From Candidatus Parcubacteria bacterium (GTDB taxonomy: Bacteria > Patescibacteriota > Minisyncoccia > Phycocordibacterales > CAIJYI01), in NCBI GenBank assembly GCA_026395595.1, contig JAPLYL010000003.1, positions 76,136 to 140,135 of the forward strand: a stretch of 64,000 bases of DNA. The letters run 5' to 3'. The notes under the pieces are model-generated. The model was not told the DNA's origin. It was given only the letters and a program-made list of their open reading frames with translations, and searched no databases. A program made the position numbers and the translations under genes. This document shows positions 1 through 9,693 of this stretch, piece by piece. Each line of letters begins with the position of its first letter. Positions within the stretch are counted from its first letter, which is position 1.

Positions 1-1
1 A

Positions 2-331
2 AATATCCTTTGGTTCTTGTGTTGGTGGTTTTCTGTTCTGGTTATGATAAAAATTTTCTTTTATTCCTTGATGTATCACAACACGTGGCATCCGTCTTTT
101 GATTATCCTGCCGTTGCTTATACGGTCATTCTTTTCTGGTTTTTTTTCAAAGACCAGCTCAAATCAGTACTGTACGTCGTTAAAGAAGTGCTTGCGGATA
201 ACACTGCGGCGCAAATTCTTGGTTCGCCACAGCCGGTCATTGGAATTTTAGAAAAATACGTCAAAGAAGATGCTTTTTCTCAACTGCGGAGGATATCGGC
301 GCTTCGCCGAGTTCTCAAGAAAACATTTTGA
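2..331 (+). CDS. 3' part of hypothetical membrane protein (runs off the left edge)
   Basis: Frame open from position 2 to TGA at 329-331; two hydrophobic segments; no family recognised. Confidence 0.45.
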   Translation, partial: NILWFLCWWFSVLVMIKIFFYSLMYHNTWHPSFDYPAVAYTVILFWFFFKDQLKSVLYVVKEVLADNTAAQILGSPQPVIGILEKYVKEDAFSQLRRISALRRVLKKTF

Positions 332-407
332 AAAAGAAAACACACACCCGTCATTTTACCATGGCGGGTGTTTTCTATTCGCCCATCGTCTGGTACAATG
401 GGAATCA

Positions 408-1286
408 ATGGAAGAACAGAAAGCACGAATAGAAGAAATAGAAAAAATGATGTCGCTTCCCGACTTTTGGCAGAATAAAACCAAGGCGCAAGAGCTGGTG
501 AAAGAACTTTCAGATTTGAAAGAGTCGCTCTTGAGTGGAGGAGGGGGGAAATACGATAAAGGCGGAGCCATTATTACCATTTTTTCAGGAGCGGGCGGAG
601 ATGATTCGGAAGACTTCTCGGCGATGCTTTTTCGCATGTATGAAAAATATATCGCCAAGCGCGGGTGGTCAATTTTCATTCTCCACAAAAATGAAAACAC
701 GCAAGGAGGCTTCAGAAATCTCACGTTTGAAGTGGAAGGAAGGAACGCGTATGGTACGCTCAAACATGAGTCAGGAGTACACCGGCTCGTTCGCATTTCG
801 CCGTTCAATGCCAAAAAGCTCCGACACACCTCTTTTTCCATGGTTGAGGTTATCCCTGTATTCAGCAAGACTGAAGACTTGGAAATTCCCGAAAGCGAGC
901 TTTCTATAGAATTTGCGCGTTCCAGCGGGCCGGGCGGGCAGAATGTGAATAAAAGGGAGACCGCCGTCCGTATCGTCCATTTGCCGACAAAGCTTTCCGT
1001 TCACGTTGACTCTGAACGATCCCAGCTCCAAAACAAAGAGAAAGCTCTGAACATTCTTCGCGGGAAATTATATAAAATGAAAGAAGCAGAAAGAAAAAGC
1101 GCCGAGTCGGGAATGTATGTCAGTAAGACCACCGAGATAGAATGGGGAAATCAGATACGTTCCTATGTTCTGCATCCGTACAAAATGGTAAAAGACCACC
1201 GTACCGCGGTAGAAACCAGTAAAGTGGACGCAGTACTGGAAGATGGAGAAATAGACGAATTCATTGAAGCGGAACAGAGTCTGTAA
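408..1286 (+). CDS. prfB: Peptide chain release factor 2, N-terminally shortened
   Basis: GGQ motif (SGPGGQNVN), SPF specificity motif (RISPFNA), HRLVR, WGNQIRSYV; ATG at 408 follows TGGTACAAT; track ORF extension 270-407 has no RF-like sequence. Confidence 0.93.
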   Translation: MEEQKARIEEIEKMMSLPDFWQNKTKAQELVKELSDLKESLLSGGGGKYDKGGAIITIFSGAGGDDSEDFSAMLFRMYEKYIAKRGWSIFILHKNENTQGGFRNLTFEVEGRNAYGTLKHESGVHRLVRISPFNAKKLRHTSFSMVEVIPVFSKTEDLEIPESELSIEFARSSGPGGQNVNKRETAVRIVHLPTKLSVHVDSERSQLQNKEKALNILRGKLYKMKEAERKSAESGMYVSKTTEIEWGNQIRSYVLHPYKMVKDHRTAVETSKVDAVLEDGEIDEFIEAEQSL

Positions 1287-1287
1287 G

Positions 1288-1435
1288 TTTTTAGCTGTCA
1301 GCTTTTAGGTTTTAGCTTAACGACGAACAAAATTAATAAACAATTTACTGTTGTCGCATCGTCTCCTTACTGGTAGAATAAGAGGGAACGGCTTTTTTCG
1401 GAAAGCTAAAACCTAAAAGCTAAAACCTAAAAGCT
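1288..1435. repeat. Inverted 7-mer repeat arrays (AAAACCT/AAAAGCT units) between prfB and ftsE
   Basis: AGCTTTTAGGTTTTAGCTT at 1300-1318 is the reverse complement of 1403-1421 and 1417-1435. Confidence 0.85.
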
Positions 1436-1440
1436 CGCCT

Positions 1441-2121
1441 ATGATTTACTTTGATAAAGTTTCAAAAAAATATCCGAATGAATCTCTTGCTCTTCAGGAT
1501 ATTAATTTTTCCATAGCGCACAATGAGTTTGTTTCTATTGTCGGACACTCCGGTGCGGGGAAGACGACGCTTCTTAAACTCTTACTCGCTGAAGAAAAAC
1601 CCACGGAAGGTTCCGTATTCTTTGAATCGGTCAATGTCCACGATCTCCACCGCAACGATGTTACCAAACTCCGCCGAAGAATAGGTATGATCTTTCAGGA
1701 CTTTCGTCTTTTGCCCGACAAAACCGTGTATGAAAATATCGCTTTCGCTATGGAAGCAGCCGGACGAAGCGACGATGAGATTGCTTTTGACGTACCGCAC
1801 GTTCTTGAACTCGTTGATCTGAACAATAAAGCGTGGGATTTTCCCGGACATCTTTCCGGGGGAGAGAAACAACGCGTTGCTATTGCTCGCGCGATAGTAA
1901 ATCAGCCTGATATTATTATTGCCGATGAACCGACCGGAAACCTTGATCCGGTCAATACGTATGAGATTGTTCAGATATTGAAAAAAATAAACGACATCGG
2001 AACGACGGTCATTCTGACTACTCACAACAAAGGCATCATTGATCTCCTCGGCAAGCGCGTTATTACCATGGAAGGAGGAAAAATAATCCGCGACGACGAA
2101 AGTGGAAAGTATGTTTTATAA
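1441..2121 (+). CDS. ftsE: Cell division ABC ATPase FtsE
   Basis: Walker A GHSGAGKT, IFQDFRLL, LSGGEKQR, ADEPTGNLD; precedes ftsX. Confidence 0.93.
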   Translation: MIYFDKVSKKYPNESLALQDINFSIAHNEFVSIVGHSGAGKTTLLKLLLAEEKPTEGSVFFESVNVHDLHRNDVTKLRRRIGMIFQDFRLLPDKTVYENIAFAMEAAGRSDDEIAFDVPHVLELVDLNNKAWDFPGHLSGGEKQRVAIARAIVNQPDIIIADEPTGNLDPVNTYEIVQILKKINDIGTTVILTTHNKGIIDLLGKRVITMEGGKIIRDDESGKYVL

Positions 2122-2133
2122 ATAAGCTTTTAG

Positions 2134-3075
2134 TTGTCATCTAACACTATGTTTTGGCTCAACACAAAAAGGATATTGCGCGCGGGGGTTTTAAGTTTTT
2201 GGAGAAACGGTTTTGTGTCGCTTTCTTCCATTCTTGTGGTTACCGTAACGCTTTTTACGGTTATCTCGCTTATCTTCACGAATGTCATTTTGGAGGCGGT
2301 TCTTTCTGATTTTAAAGACAAAGTGGACGTAAATGTCTATTTTGTTACTGCCGCACCCGAAGCTGATATTCTGCAGATGAAATCCAATCTGGAAAAACAG
2401 CCGGAGGTCGCTTCTGTCGTCTACGTGTCTCGCGATAAAGCCATTGCCGAATTCAAAGACAAACATAAAGACGACTATCTTACGTTGCAGGCTTTGAACG
2501 AAATCGGGGATAACCCGCTCGGTGCGCGATTAAATGTGGTAGCCAAAGATCCGTCTCAATACGAAGGCGTCGCGAAAAAGATAGAAAGTCAAAATACTCT
2601 TATTGCCGGCGGAACCAACATTATAGACAAGGTTAATTTCAGACAGAATAAAGATATTATTGACCGTTTGACAAAAATCATCGCCGGAACCAAACAATTC
2701 GGCTATACTTTTGCTCTTGTCCTCTTCTGTACCTCTCTTCTCATTACGTTTAATACCATTCGTTTGGTTATTTATATGACACGCGAAGAGATTAACGTTA
2801 TGCGTCTCGTCGGTGCGAGCAGTATGTACGTTCGTGGGCCGTTTATTGTCGGGGGAATGATGTATGGAGCGGTTTCCGCTTTACTGGCAATGATTCTCTT
2901 TTATCCGATAACCCTCTGGCTTACGGGAACGACTCAAGATTTCTTTGGCGGGGTCAACCTCTATTCGTACTATCTCAAAAATTTCTTCCAGATATTTATC
3001 ATCGTTCTTCTTGTTGGGATGTCTCTCGGCGCCGTTTCAAGTTTCCTTGCCGTTCGGAAGTATCTCAAAGTATAA
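2134..3075 (+). CDS. ftsX: Cell division permease FtsX
   Basis: 4-TM layout with extracytoplasmic loop, NTIRL..REEI.VMRLVGAS..YVRGPF motif. Confidence 0.92.
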   Translation: MSSNTMFWLNTKRILRAGVLSFWRNGFVSLSSILVVTVTLFTVISLIFTNVILEAVLSDFKDKVDVNVYFVTAAPEADILQMKSNLEKQPEVASVVYVSRDKAIAEFKDKHKDDYLTLQALNEIGDNPLGARLNVVAKDPSQYEGVAKKIESQNTLIAGGTNIIDKVNFRQNKDIIDRLTKIIAGTKQFGYTFALVLFCTSLLITFNTIRLVIYMTREEINVMRLVGASSMYVRGPFIVGGMMYGAVSALLAMILFYPITLWLTGTTQDFFGGVNLYSYYLKNFFQIFIIVLLVGMSLGAVSSFLAVRKYLKV

Positions 3076-3080
3076 AAAAT

Positions 3081-3105
3081 AAAGGCCCGGAAATTCCGGG
3101 CCTTT
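3081..3105. terminator. Intrinsic terminator, probably bidirectional
   Basis: AAAGGCCCGG-AAATT-CCGGGCCTTT hairpin between convergent genes. Confidence 0.75.
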
Positions 3106-3117
3106 ATGCGGGGGGGG

Positions 3118-3273
3118 TCAGATTACTCCCGCAAATACGTCGTCGTTGAAATCAGGATAGAAAGGTTTTGAACTTCTTGGTTTTTCTTCCTCTTTTCTGG
3201 CATTTCGCCATTTTTCCATCGTTTGATAGGGCCATGGCGGAATGGTTGTTTTGTTTTGCATGGTTGTTTCCAT
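3118..3273 (-). CDS. Small hypothetical protein (51 aa)
   Basis: AGAGGAG SD 6 nt upstream of ATG on minus strand; divergent from pyrG; ends at the terminator. Confidence 0.45.
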   Translation of the reverse strand: METTMQNKTTIPPWPYQTMEKWRNARKEEEKPRSSKPFYPDFNDDVFAGVI

Positions 3274-3396
3274 GTGCATCTCCTCTGATGAAAGAAACCG
3301 TCCTGAAAATATAATGGTATATATTGGTAAAAAAGTCAATAACTCGTCAGACCTTTTGAAAAAGAGTATACTGTGGGAGAATAAAATATAATACAT

Positions 3397-5073
3397 ATGG
3401 CAACAAAGAAAAAAACAGCGGTCAAGCGAAGAAAATATATTTTTGTAGTCGGTGGCGTGATGTCGGGAGTGGGGAAAGGCATTACGGCATCGTCCATCGG
3501 CGTCATTTTGCAAGACCGCGGTTTTAAGGTAACTTCCATAAAAATTGATCCGTATGTGAACGTTGATGCGGGTACCATGAACCCGACAGAACACGGAGAA
3601 GTGTTCGTTTTGAACGACGGTTTTGAAACTGACCAAGATATGGGAAACTATGAACGGTTTTTGAATGTCTCCATTCCTTCCGATAACTACATGACGACCG
3701 GACGCGTATACCTTTCTGTCATAGAAAAAGAACGAAACTTAAAATATAAAGGCAAATGCGTGCAGGTTGTTCCCCACATTCCTCTTGAAGTTATTTCCCG
3801 CATTAAATTTGCCGCGGAAAAAGCCGATGCGGATATTGCCATTATTGAAGTCGGAGGTACTGTCGGCGAATACGAGAACATTCTCTTTGTGGAAGCCGCC
3901 CGTATGATGGAATTGCAAAACCCAGATGATGTTTCCTGCGTGATGGTTTCGTATCTCCCCGTCCCTTCAAAGCTCGGAGAAATGAAAACGAAACCGACCC
4001 AGCATGCTGTCCGCGCGCTCAATTCAAACGGCGTTCAACCGAATGTCATTATTGCTCGTTCCAGTGAACCGCTTGACCAGGTGAGGAAAGAAAAGATTGC
4101 GCTCTTCTGCAATATGCGTCCGGAAAATGTCATTTCCGCGCCCGATGTGGAAAGCATTTATGACGTGCCGATAAACTTTGAGAAAGATAAATTATCAGAC
4201 AAACTTCTCTCTTCTTTGAAACTGAAAGCGAAGAAAGATTCTTCTTTGAAAGAATGGAGAAAATTCGTCGCGACAACCAAGAATACCAAAAAAGAAGTGA
4301 ACATTGCCGTGGTGGGAAAGTACTTCAGTACGGGGGATTTTGTTTTGTCTGATGCGTACATTTCCGTCATTGAAGCGATAAAATATGCAGCGTACGTGAA
4401 TGGAGCGAAGCCGATTTTGACATGGCTTTCGTCGGAAGAATTTGAAGGCGATGCGGCAAAAACCAATCTCCGCACCCTCTCAAATTATGACGGTATTTTG
4501 GTACCGGGAGGTTTTGGTTCTCGCGGAATAGAAGGGAAGCTCTCCGTTATTAAATACGCGCGCGAACATAAAATTCCGTATTTCGGTTTATGTTACGGTA
4601 TGCAGCTTTTGGTTATAGAATTTGCGCGGAATGTTCTTGGGTTTGATGTGGCTAATACGGCGGAAATAGATCCGAATTCTCCGCATTTGGTCATTGATAT
4701 TATGCCCGATCAGAAAAAGAAAATGAAAGAAGAAAATTACGGCGGAAGCATGAGGCTCGGCGCCTATCCTGCTATTTTGAAAAAGGGAACCGTTGCCGGA
4801 AAAGCATACGGCGAAAAAAAAGAAATTTCCGAAAGACATCGTCATCGCTATGAAGTGAATCCAGAATACGTTGAACGATTGGAAAAAGGCGGACTTGTTT
4901 TTTCCGCCACTTCTCCTGACGGCGTGTTGATGGAAATAGCCGAGCTTCCCGAAAGCAAACACCCATTTTTCCTCGGCACCCAATTCCACCCCGAACTTAT
5001 CGCCCGTCCGCTTGATCCACATCCTTTGTTCGTGGAATTTGTGCGGGTCGCTTTGTTTCAGAGTAAAAAATAA
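3397..5073 (+). CDS. pyrG: CTP synthase
   Basis: GGVMSGVGKG, KIDPYVNVDAGTM, KTKPTQH, GLCYGMQ, RHRHRYE, QFHPE. Confidence 0.98.
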   Translation: MATKKKTAVKRRKYIFVVGGVMSGVGKGITASSIGVILQDRGFKVTSIKIDPYVNVDAGTMNPTEHGEVFVLNDGFETDQDMGNYERFLNVSIPSDNYMTTGRVYLSVIEKERNLKYKGKCVQVVPHIPLEVISRIKFAAEKADADIAIIEVGGTVGEYENILFVEAARMMELQNPDDVSCVMVSYLPVPSKLGEMKTKPTQHAVRALNSNGVQPNVIIARSSEPLDQVRKEKIALFCNMRPENVISAPDVESIYDVPINFEKDKLSDKLLSSLKLKAKKDSSLKEWRKFVATTKNTKKEVNIAVVGKYFSTGDFVLSDAYISVIEAIKYAAYVNGAKPILTWLSSEEFEGDAAKTNLRTLSNYDGILVPGGFGSRGIEGKLSVIKYAREHKIPYFGLCYGMQLLVIEFARNVLGFDVANTAEIDPNSPHLVIDIMPDQKKKMKEENYGGSMRLGAYPAILKKGTVAGKAYGEKKEISERHRHRYEVNPEYVERLEKGGLVFSATSPDGVLMEIAELPESKHPFFLGTQFHPELIARPLDPHPLFVEFVRVALFQSKK

Positions 5074-5085
5074 TATATTTTAACC

Positions 5086-6189
5086 ATGAATCCAAGAGAA
5101 CAATTTTCGGTGCAAAGAAATGAAAGCGACCCTCAATCAGAGAGGTATGACGACATGGAATTTTATCGGGAATACCAAGATCCGGGGAAAATTCTTGATG
5201 CGGTTGCTCGGCTTCAAATAATCAAAAATCTTCGGGTCGCAGGAAACAATGAGAATCCGCTTCGGCCTCTTCTGGAATATCGCGAATCACACCCGTCTCC
5301 TCATGGAGTAACTATGGGGATTGAAGTAGAATTACCGGAGGAGTCAGTGCTTGGCGAAGAAACAGAAGGAATGAATCGCGGGCAAAAGAAAAAATATCTT
5401 TTTGAACTGAAAGAACAATATCGGGAAACGGAAAAAATCGGCGTCCCCCGCGGAGAAGATCAGTTCTGGGAATTCGCACAACTGCCCGCTCATAACCCTG
5501 AAACGCTCGCGCGAGAAGTGCAGGCTCTTGTCGGCATGGGGCTCATCAACCCCGATTACGAAAAATTCCCGCTTCATGTAACTATCGGCGGAATTTCATT
5601 TTCCTCTAAAAACGATGACGGAGCGAATGTACTCGCGAGAGCTCTGGAAGCCACCGGTTGGGCGACGACCGGCGAGAGACTCATGGCTCCTTATACCGAT
5701 CCTGATTCAAATTGGACTTCCCACGATTTACCTTCCGGCATTCGCGAAAGAGGAAAGAATCGGCTGGCTCAACCGAAGACGGGAGAGACCACAACGGCCG
5801 TTGAGCTTCGCACTCCCGTTCTTCGCAGTCTTTTTGGACTAGATAGGTACCTTCACAGCGCTTATTATCTTTCCTCGGCCCTCCGCGCTTATCAGGAACA
5901 AAAGAAAGGCGACTGGATAGGAAAACAGCTCTCCAAGATTTGGCGGGTGTTTGCAGGAAAATGCGAGGCTCGTTTTGAGGAGGAGGGGATAACAAGTCCG
6001 TCGGAACTTTGGACGCTCAATACCGAGAATCCAAATGAAAATTCACCCTTCAAACAGCTGGCAAAGGTGCTGGATAAAGCCGAGGCGGATCCCGAAGGGA
6101 AGGAAGCGACATTCGTCCACGATATCCGCCATCTGATCATTTCCACCCGGGCCGAGGTCAAAGAAATCCTTGAAATGGACAGAAAATAA
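5086..6189 (+). CDS. Hypothetical protein, possible COOH-NH2 ligase (amidoligase-like) fold
   Basis: Ordered motifs GIEVE ... WEF ... LHVTIG ... VELR; family call is inference. Confidence 0.5.
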   Translation: MNPREQFSVQRNESDPQSERYDDMEFYREYQDPGKILDAVARLQIIKNLRVAGNNENPLRPLLEYRESHPSPHGVTMGIEVELPEESVLGEETEGMNRGQKKKYLFELKEQYRETEKIGVPRGEDQFWEFAQLPAHNPETLAREVQALVGMGLINPDYEKFPLHVTIGGISFSSKNDDGANVLARALEATGWATTGERLMAPYTDPDSNWTSHDLPSGIRERGKNRLAQPKTGETTTAVELRTPVLRSLFGLDRYLHSAYYLSSALRAYQEQKKGDWIGKQLSKIWRVFAGKCEARFEEEGITSPSELWTLNTENPNENSPFKQLAKVLDKAEADPEGKEATFVHDIRHLIISTRAEVKEILEMDRK

Positions 6190-6241
6190 TGGGTTTGGGG
6201 AAACCCTTGCGGAAAAATAAGATTTGTGGTATTGTTGGGTT

Positions 6242-6499
6242 ATGAAAGGGAAAAGGAACATAAATGCTGAATTTAACGAGACTTTTACGACTATTTCTGT
6301 CTTCATGGAGTACTACAACAAGAACATCCCCGTAAGTTATCCCCATGCGACCAGAGGGTCCTTAGAAGCGTTCCGGAAGGCGTATCCGGGTCTTTTTGCT
6401 GATGGAAAAAAGTGGTCTATAGACAAACATCGCAAACGCCTCATGGACTGGCTCCCGTCCTACGACTTTAGCAAGGAAGTACCCTCAGAAGTTGAATAA
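6242..6499 (+). CDS. Small hypothetical protein
   Basis: ATG after TGTGGTATT -10-like box; followed by terminator. Confidence 0.6.
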   Translation: MKGKRNINAEFNETFTTISVFMEYYNKNIPVSYPHATRGSLEAFRKAYPGLFADGKKWSIDKHRKRLMDWLPSYDFSKEVPSEVE

Positions 6500-6504
6500 A
6501 ACCA

Positions 6505-6530
6505 AAAAATGCCCCAATCGGGGCATTTTT
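6505..6530. terminator. Bidirectional intrinsic terminator
   Basis: AAAAATGCCCC-AATC-GGGGCATTTTT. Confidence 0.8.
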
Positions 6531-6538
6531 CATATTGC

Positions 6539-6590
6539 AAGGTCTTCCCTTAAGGAGGAGTGAAGTGACGGGGAAAGGGGAGACCTTGGG
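6539..6590. repeat. REP-like hairpin element, copy 1
   Basis: AAGGTCTTCCCTTAAGGAGGA...TGACGGGGAAAGGGGAGACCTTGGG, near-identical to 43180-43241. Confidence 0.85.
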
Positions 6591-6610
6591 GCTATTTCAC
6601 TCTGTTCCTT

Positions 6611-8062
6611 CTAAAACTTACTCCAGAGCATCTGGTTGGTAATCTCATGGTGATAGATTACCTCGCTTTTTTTAATGATGGCTCCGAGACCTTTCGGACT
6701 TCGGTCTGCCGTTTCTTGTTTGTAAGAAACAAACTTTTCGTGAGGTCTTTCTCCCAGCGTTTTTTTGAGGAATTCGCTTCCTTTGAAGAGCTTGATGGCA
6801 TCATTGATATTTCCGGGCAAGTAGCGGAGGCGGTCGCGTTTACTTTCATCTTTCAAAAGAGGTTCTCCTTCCATCGCCGTTTTGAGAATGGCATAGACGG
6901 CGATGTACGGGTTGGCGTCAGGAGCAACAGAGCGGATTTCAATGCGGGCGGATTTTTCATTTCCCGCCGGAATGCGTATCATGGAACTGCGGTCAATGGA
7001 AGAAACTTTGATTTGGTTCGGGGCTTCAAAGTGAGGGTCCAGTCGGCGATACGCATTGACGCTCGCATTCAAAAGAAGAGAAAGTTCCGGAGCATGATTG
7101 AGAAGTCGTGAAATGGAATCCCATGCAAGAGGAGATAACCCATCGTCTCCGTCTTTTCTGTAAAAGACATTCTTTCCTCCCTTCATAAAAGAGAGGTTGA
7201 TGTGCATTCCCGATCCGTTTATATTCGCCACCGGTTTCGGAAGAAAGGTCGCGGTCATTCCTTGGTTCGTCGCAATCTGCCGGCAAACCAATTTGTAAAG
7301 CTGAATTCTGTCGCATGCTTTAACGGCATCGGCGTAAGAGAAGGCAAGTTCAAACTGAGATGGCGCGACTTCGGGGTGATCTTTTTCGTTTTTGAATCCC
7401 ATCGCTCTTTGTGCTTCCGCGGCGGCATCAATAAAAATTTTCAAACGGTCTAGCGGGAGGGAGTGAAAATATCCGCCGGTTGAGATAAGTTTGAAACCTT
7501 CTTCCTCTTGAAAATTCTGTTCCGCATTTACTCCGTCAACAAGAAAACCTTCCACTTCCGCTGCTATGTAGGCGGTAAGACCTTGTTTCTTTTTCAGTTC
7601 TTGACTGAAGGACATGAGTTGCCCTCTGAAGTCTGAATCGTAGGGGGTTTTATCGCGATTCAAAACATTGGCAAAAAAGATAACTTTTCCGGGCCCGAAA
7701 ACATCGGAAGGAAGCCAGAGAATACTTGACCAATCCACCTCCATGCGGAGGTCGGACTCTTTCTGTACGGAAAAACCGCGGATGGATGAACCGTCAAAGG
7801 TAAGGTTATCGGCAGAATCTAAAAAGTAGTGCTTGTCATAATCAAGCATGTGAAATCGTCCTTCAATATCGGAGAAACAAAGCGTAACCGCTTTTATGCG
7901 TTTTTCTTTGGCAAGATAGTCGCGATATTCTTTTTCAAGAATCGCAGAACTTTCCGTTCCGGCTCTTTCAGAAGCTTTGAGATTCATCTCTTCCAAGAGG
8001 TCGTAAGGGATTTCCAAGAAGTTTTTAAGCCCTACGGGGCTAGAAATAGGTTCTTTTGCCAT
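6611..8062 (-). CDS. glnA: Glutamine synthetase (GS-I type)
   Basis: FDGSS, HPEVAPSQFE, TFLPKP, NGSGMH, YRRL, EAP, RIEIRS, ANPY. Confidence 0.93.
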   Translation of the reverse strand: MAKEPISSPVGLKNFLEIPYDLLEEMNLKASERAGTESSAILEKEYRDYLAKEKRIKAVTLCFSDIEGRFHMLDYDKHYFLDSADNLTFDGSSIRGFSVQKESDLRMEVDWSSILWLPSDVFGPGKVIFFANVLNRDKTPYDSDFRGQLMSFSQELKKKQGLTAYIAAEVEGFLVDGVNAEQNFQEEEGFKLISTGGYFHSLPLDRLKIFIDAAAEAQRAMGFKNEKDHPEVAPSQFELAFSYADAVKACDRIQLYKLVCRQIATNQGMTATFLPKPVANINGSGMHINLSFMKGGKNVFYRKDGDDGLSPLAWDSISRLLNHAPELSLLLNASVNAYRRLDPHFEAPNQIKVSSIDRSSMIRIPAGNEKSARIEIRSVAPDANPYIAVYAILKTAMEGEPLLKDESKRDRLRYLPGNINDAIKLFKGSEFLKKTLGERPHEKFVSYKQETADRSPKGLGAIIKKSEVIYHHEITNQMLWSKF

Positions 8063-8147
8063 ATATTTATACTAAAATGTTAGTAATTTACTATAAATAT
8101 ACTCCAATTTATATAAAAAGTCAATAACTTTATCCACTTTTTGTCGC

Positions 8148-8172
8148 CGGTACGAGGTTGTACCTCGTACCG
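8148..8172. repeat. REP-like palindrome
   Basis: CGGTACGAGGT-TGT-ACCTCGTACCG, 11-bp perfect stem between divergent genes. Confidence 0.75.
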
Positions 8173-8270
8173 AAATGTTTGTATAACGAAATAATCTCTG
8201 TTTTTTATCTAAACTTTGTCATACACCTCCCCTTGGAAATTTCCCAAAAATCTGTTATTCTAATGACATT

Positions 8271-8516
8271 ATGGAGAACAAGAACCGTAAAAATTGCGAA
8301 AGCTGTCTTTTCCCCCTTTCCAAAGATCCCGGAGTAAGCGGGTCGGAAAAATACTGCAGTTATTGTTTCAAAGATGGAAAACTCGTTTACGAAGGCTCTG
8401 ACCTGAAAGAGTTTCAGAATCGTTCGTATCAAGAAATGATCAAGAAAGGAATGAATAAGTATCAGGCAAAATTTTTCACATGGATGATGCACTTTGCTCC
8501 CCGTTGGAAAAAGTAG
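8271..8516 (+). CDS. Small zinc-ribbon domain protein
   Basis: CESCLFPL ... YCSYCFKDG ... PRW pattern. Confidence 0.75.
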   Translation: MENKNRKNCESCLFPLSKDPGVSGSEKYCSYCFKDGKLVYEGSDLKEFQNRSYQEMIKKGMNKYQAKFFTWMMHFAPRWKK

Positions 8517-8561
8517 ACAATTCATTAAGAAAAAGTTAGATTTAAATCGGTTAAATCACAT

Positions 8562-8635
8562 TGCGGGATCATCTAATGGTAGGATGCGACTCTCTGAAAG
8601 TCGTCATCTTGGTTCGAATCCAAGTCCCGCAGCCA
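8562..8635 (+). tRNA. tRNA-Gln (anticodon CTG), CCA encoded
   Basis: Acceptor TGCGGGA/TCCCGCA, anticodon arm CGACT-CTCTGAA-AGTCG, T arm CTTGG-TTCGAAT-CCAAG, GCCA end. Confidence 0.97.
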
Positions 8636-8659
8636 ACACGTGCTAGCACGAGAGGAGTT

Positions 8660-9616
8660 ATGAATAAAAATAAAAACAGACATGTTGCCATTAAATTTCT
8701 TGAAACGGCAAGAAAAGCAACTTTTGAAGATTGCACCATAAATGGGGGCATTGATTTAGCAGGTTCTGGACATAAGTTTATTCATACCTCAATAAATGTC
8801 TTTAAACAAGAACACCCTTTTTGGTTTTGGTTTGCTTCTGCTGGAACTCTTATAGGTCTCCTTACTTCACTCATGTTCTTAGCACAATTTTTTGGATATC
8901 TTCCTCTTTCCCTGAAAGATAATATCGTGGCTCTTTCAGGGCCGGGAGCTGAAAAGCAACAAGGAATGGCACTGGTCGCTTCTCCTCTCCAATTAAAATC
9001 TGGTTACATATCGGAAAAAACAAATAAATACGATATAAGTATTAAAGTTCCTATTTTTAACAATTCAAAAATAGACGATATTGTCCGCTCAGCTATTGAT
9101 GAAAAAATTGAAAAAATAAAATATAATCACTCCCTTGATAAAGATGAGTATATACAAAAATTAACCCTATACGGTGATTATGAAACTCCTTATGTTTCGG
9201 ATAGTATAATTAGCATAAAGTTTAATTTAGGTCAAAGTTATATATTTTCGGATGGCGGGTCTTCAATGGGTAATCTTAATTTGGCGTATGGGATAAACAT
9301 TGATACAAAGAATAACAAAGTTATCACCTTGTCTGATGAATTAAAATCTTTCGGTATAAATATTCGCCAGTTATCTGAAAGAATTAAAGAAAAACTATTT
9401 GAAAAGTATAAAATACGTGATTTACACTCAGACACAGGTTTAGATCCTTTTGGTTCAAATTATTCTGAATTCGTAATCTCAGACGAAAGAGTAACTTTTC
9501 TCTTTCAGGGGTTTCAAATAGATTCTTTAGGAAAATGTATGCCAGAAATTTCATTTACGACAGATGGTGGATTTTTAGACATTACTGATGCTACAAATTG
9601 GTGTTCGGGCAATTAA
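8660..9616 (+). CDS. Membrane-anchored protein with RsiV/PdaC-like (DUF3298/DUF4163-like) domain
   Basis: AGAGGAG before ATG 8660; one TM; C-terminal IISIKF...INIDTKNNKVITLSD...FVISDERVTFLF pattern. Confidence 0.55.
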   Translation: MNKNKNRHVAIKFLETARKATFEDCTINGGIDLAGSGHKFIHTSINVFKQEHPFWFWFASAGTLIGLLTSLMFLAQFFGYLPLSLKDNIVALSGPGAEKQQGMALVASPLQLKSGYISEKTNKYDISIKVPIFNNSKIDDIVRSAIDEKIEKIKYNHSLDKDEYIQKLTLYGDYETPYVSDSIISIKFNLGQSYIFSDGGSSMGNLNLAYGINIDTKNNKVITLSDELKSFGINIRQLSERIKEKLFEKYKIRDLHSDTGLDPFGSNYSEFVISDERVTFLFQGFQIDSLGKCMPEISFTTDGGFLDITDATNWCSGN

Positions 9617-9693
9617 AAAGAGGGTAACCACACAATCTCTCCTGAACTATATCGTATTTCCACCAAATATCACTAATCAATTTCTGTAGATTT

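Noticed and set aside
270-407. N-terminal extension of prfB or a programmed +1 frameshift
   Set aside because: Extension is not RF-like, overlaps the upstream gene and a hairpin, and no CTT-TGA slippery site is present.
8561-8659. 5' extension of the 8561-9616 ORF
   Set aside because: It runs through tRNA-Gln; ATG 8660 has a good SD.
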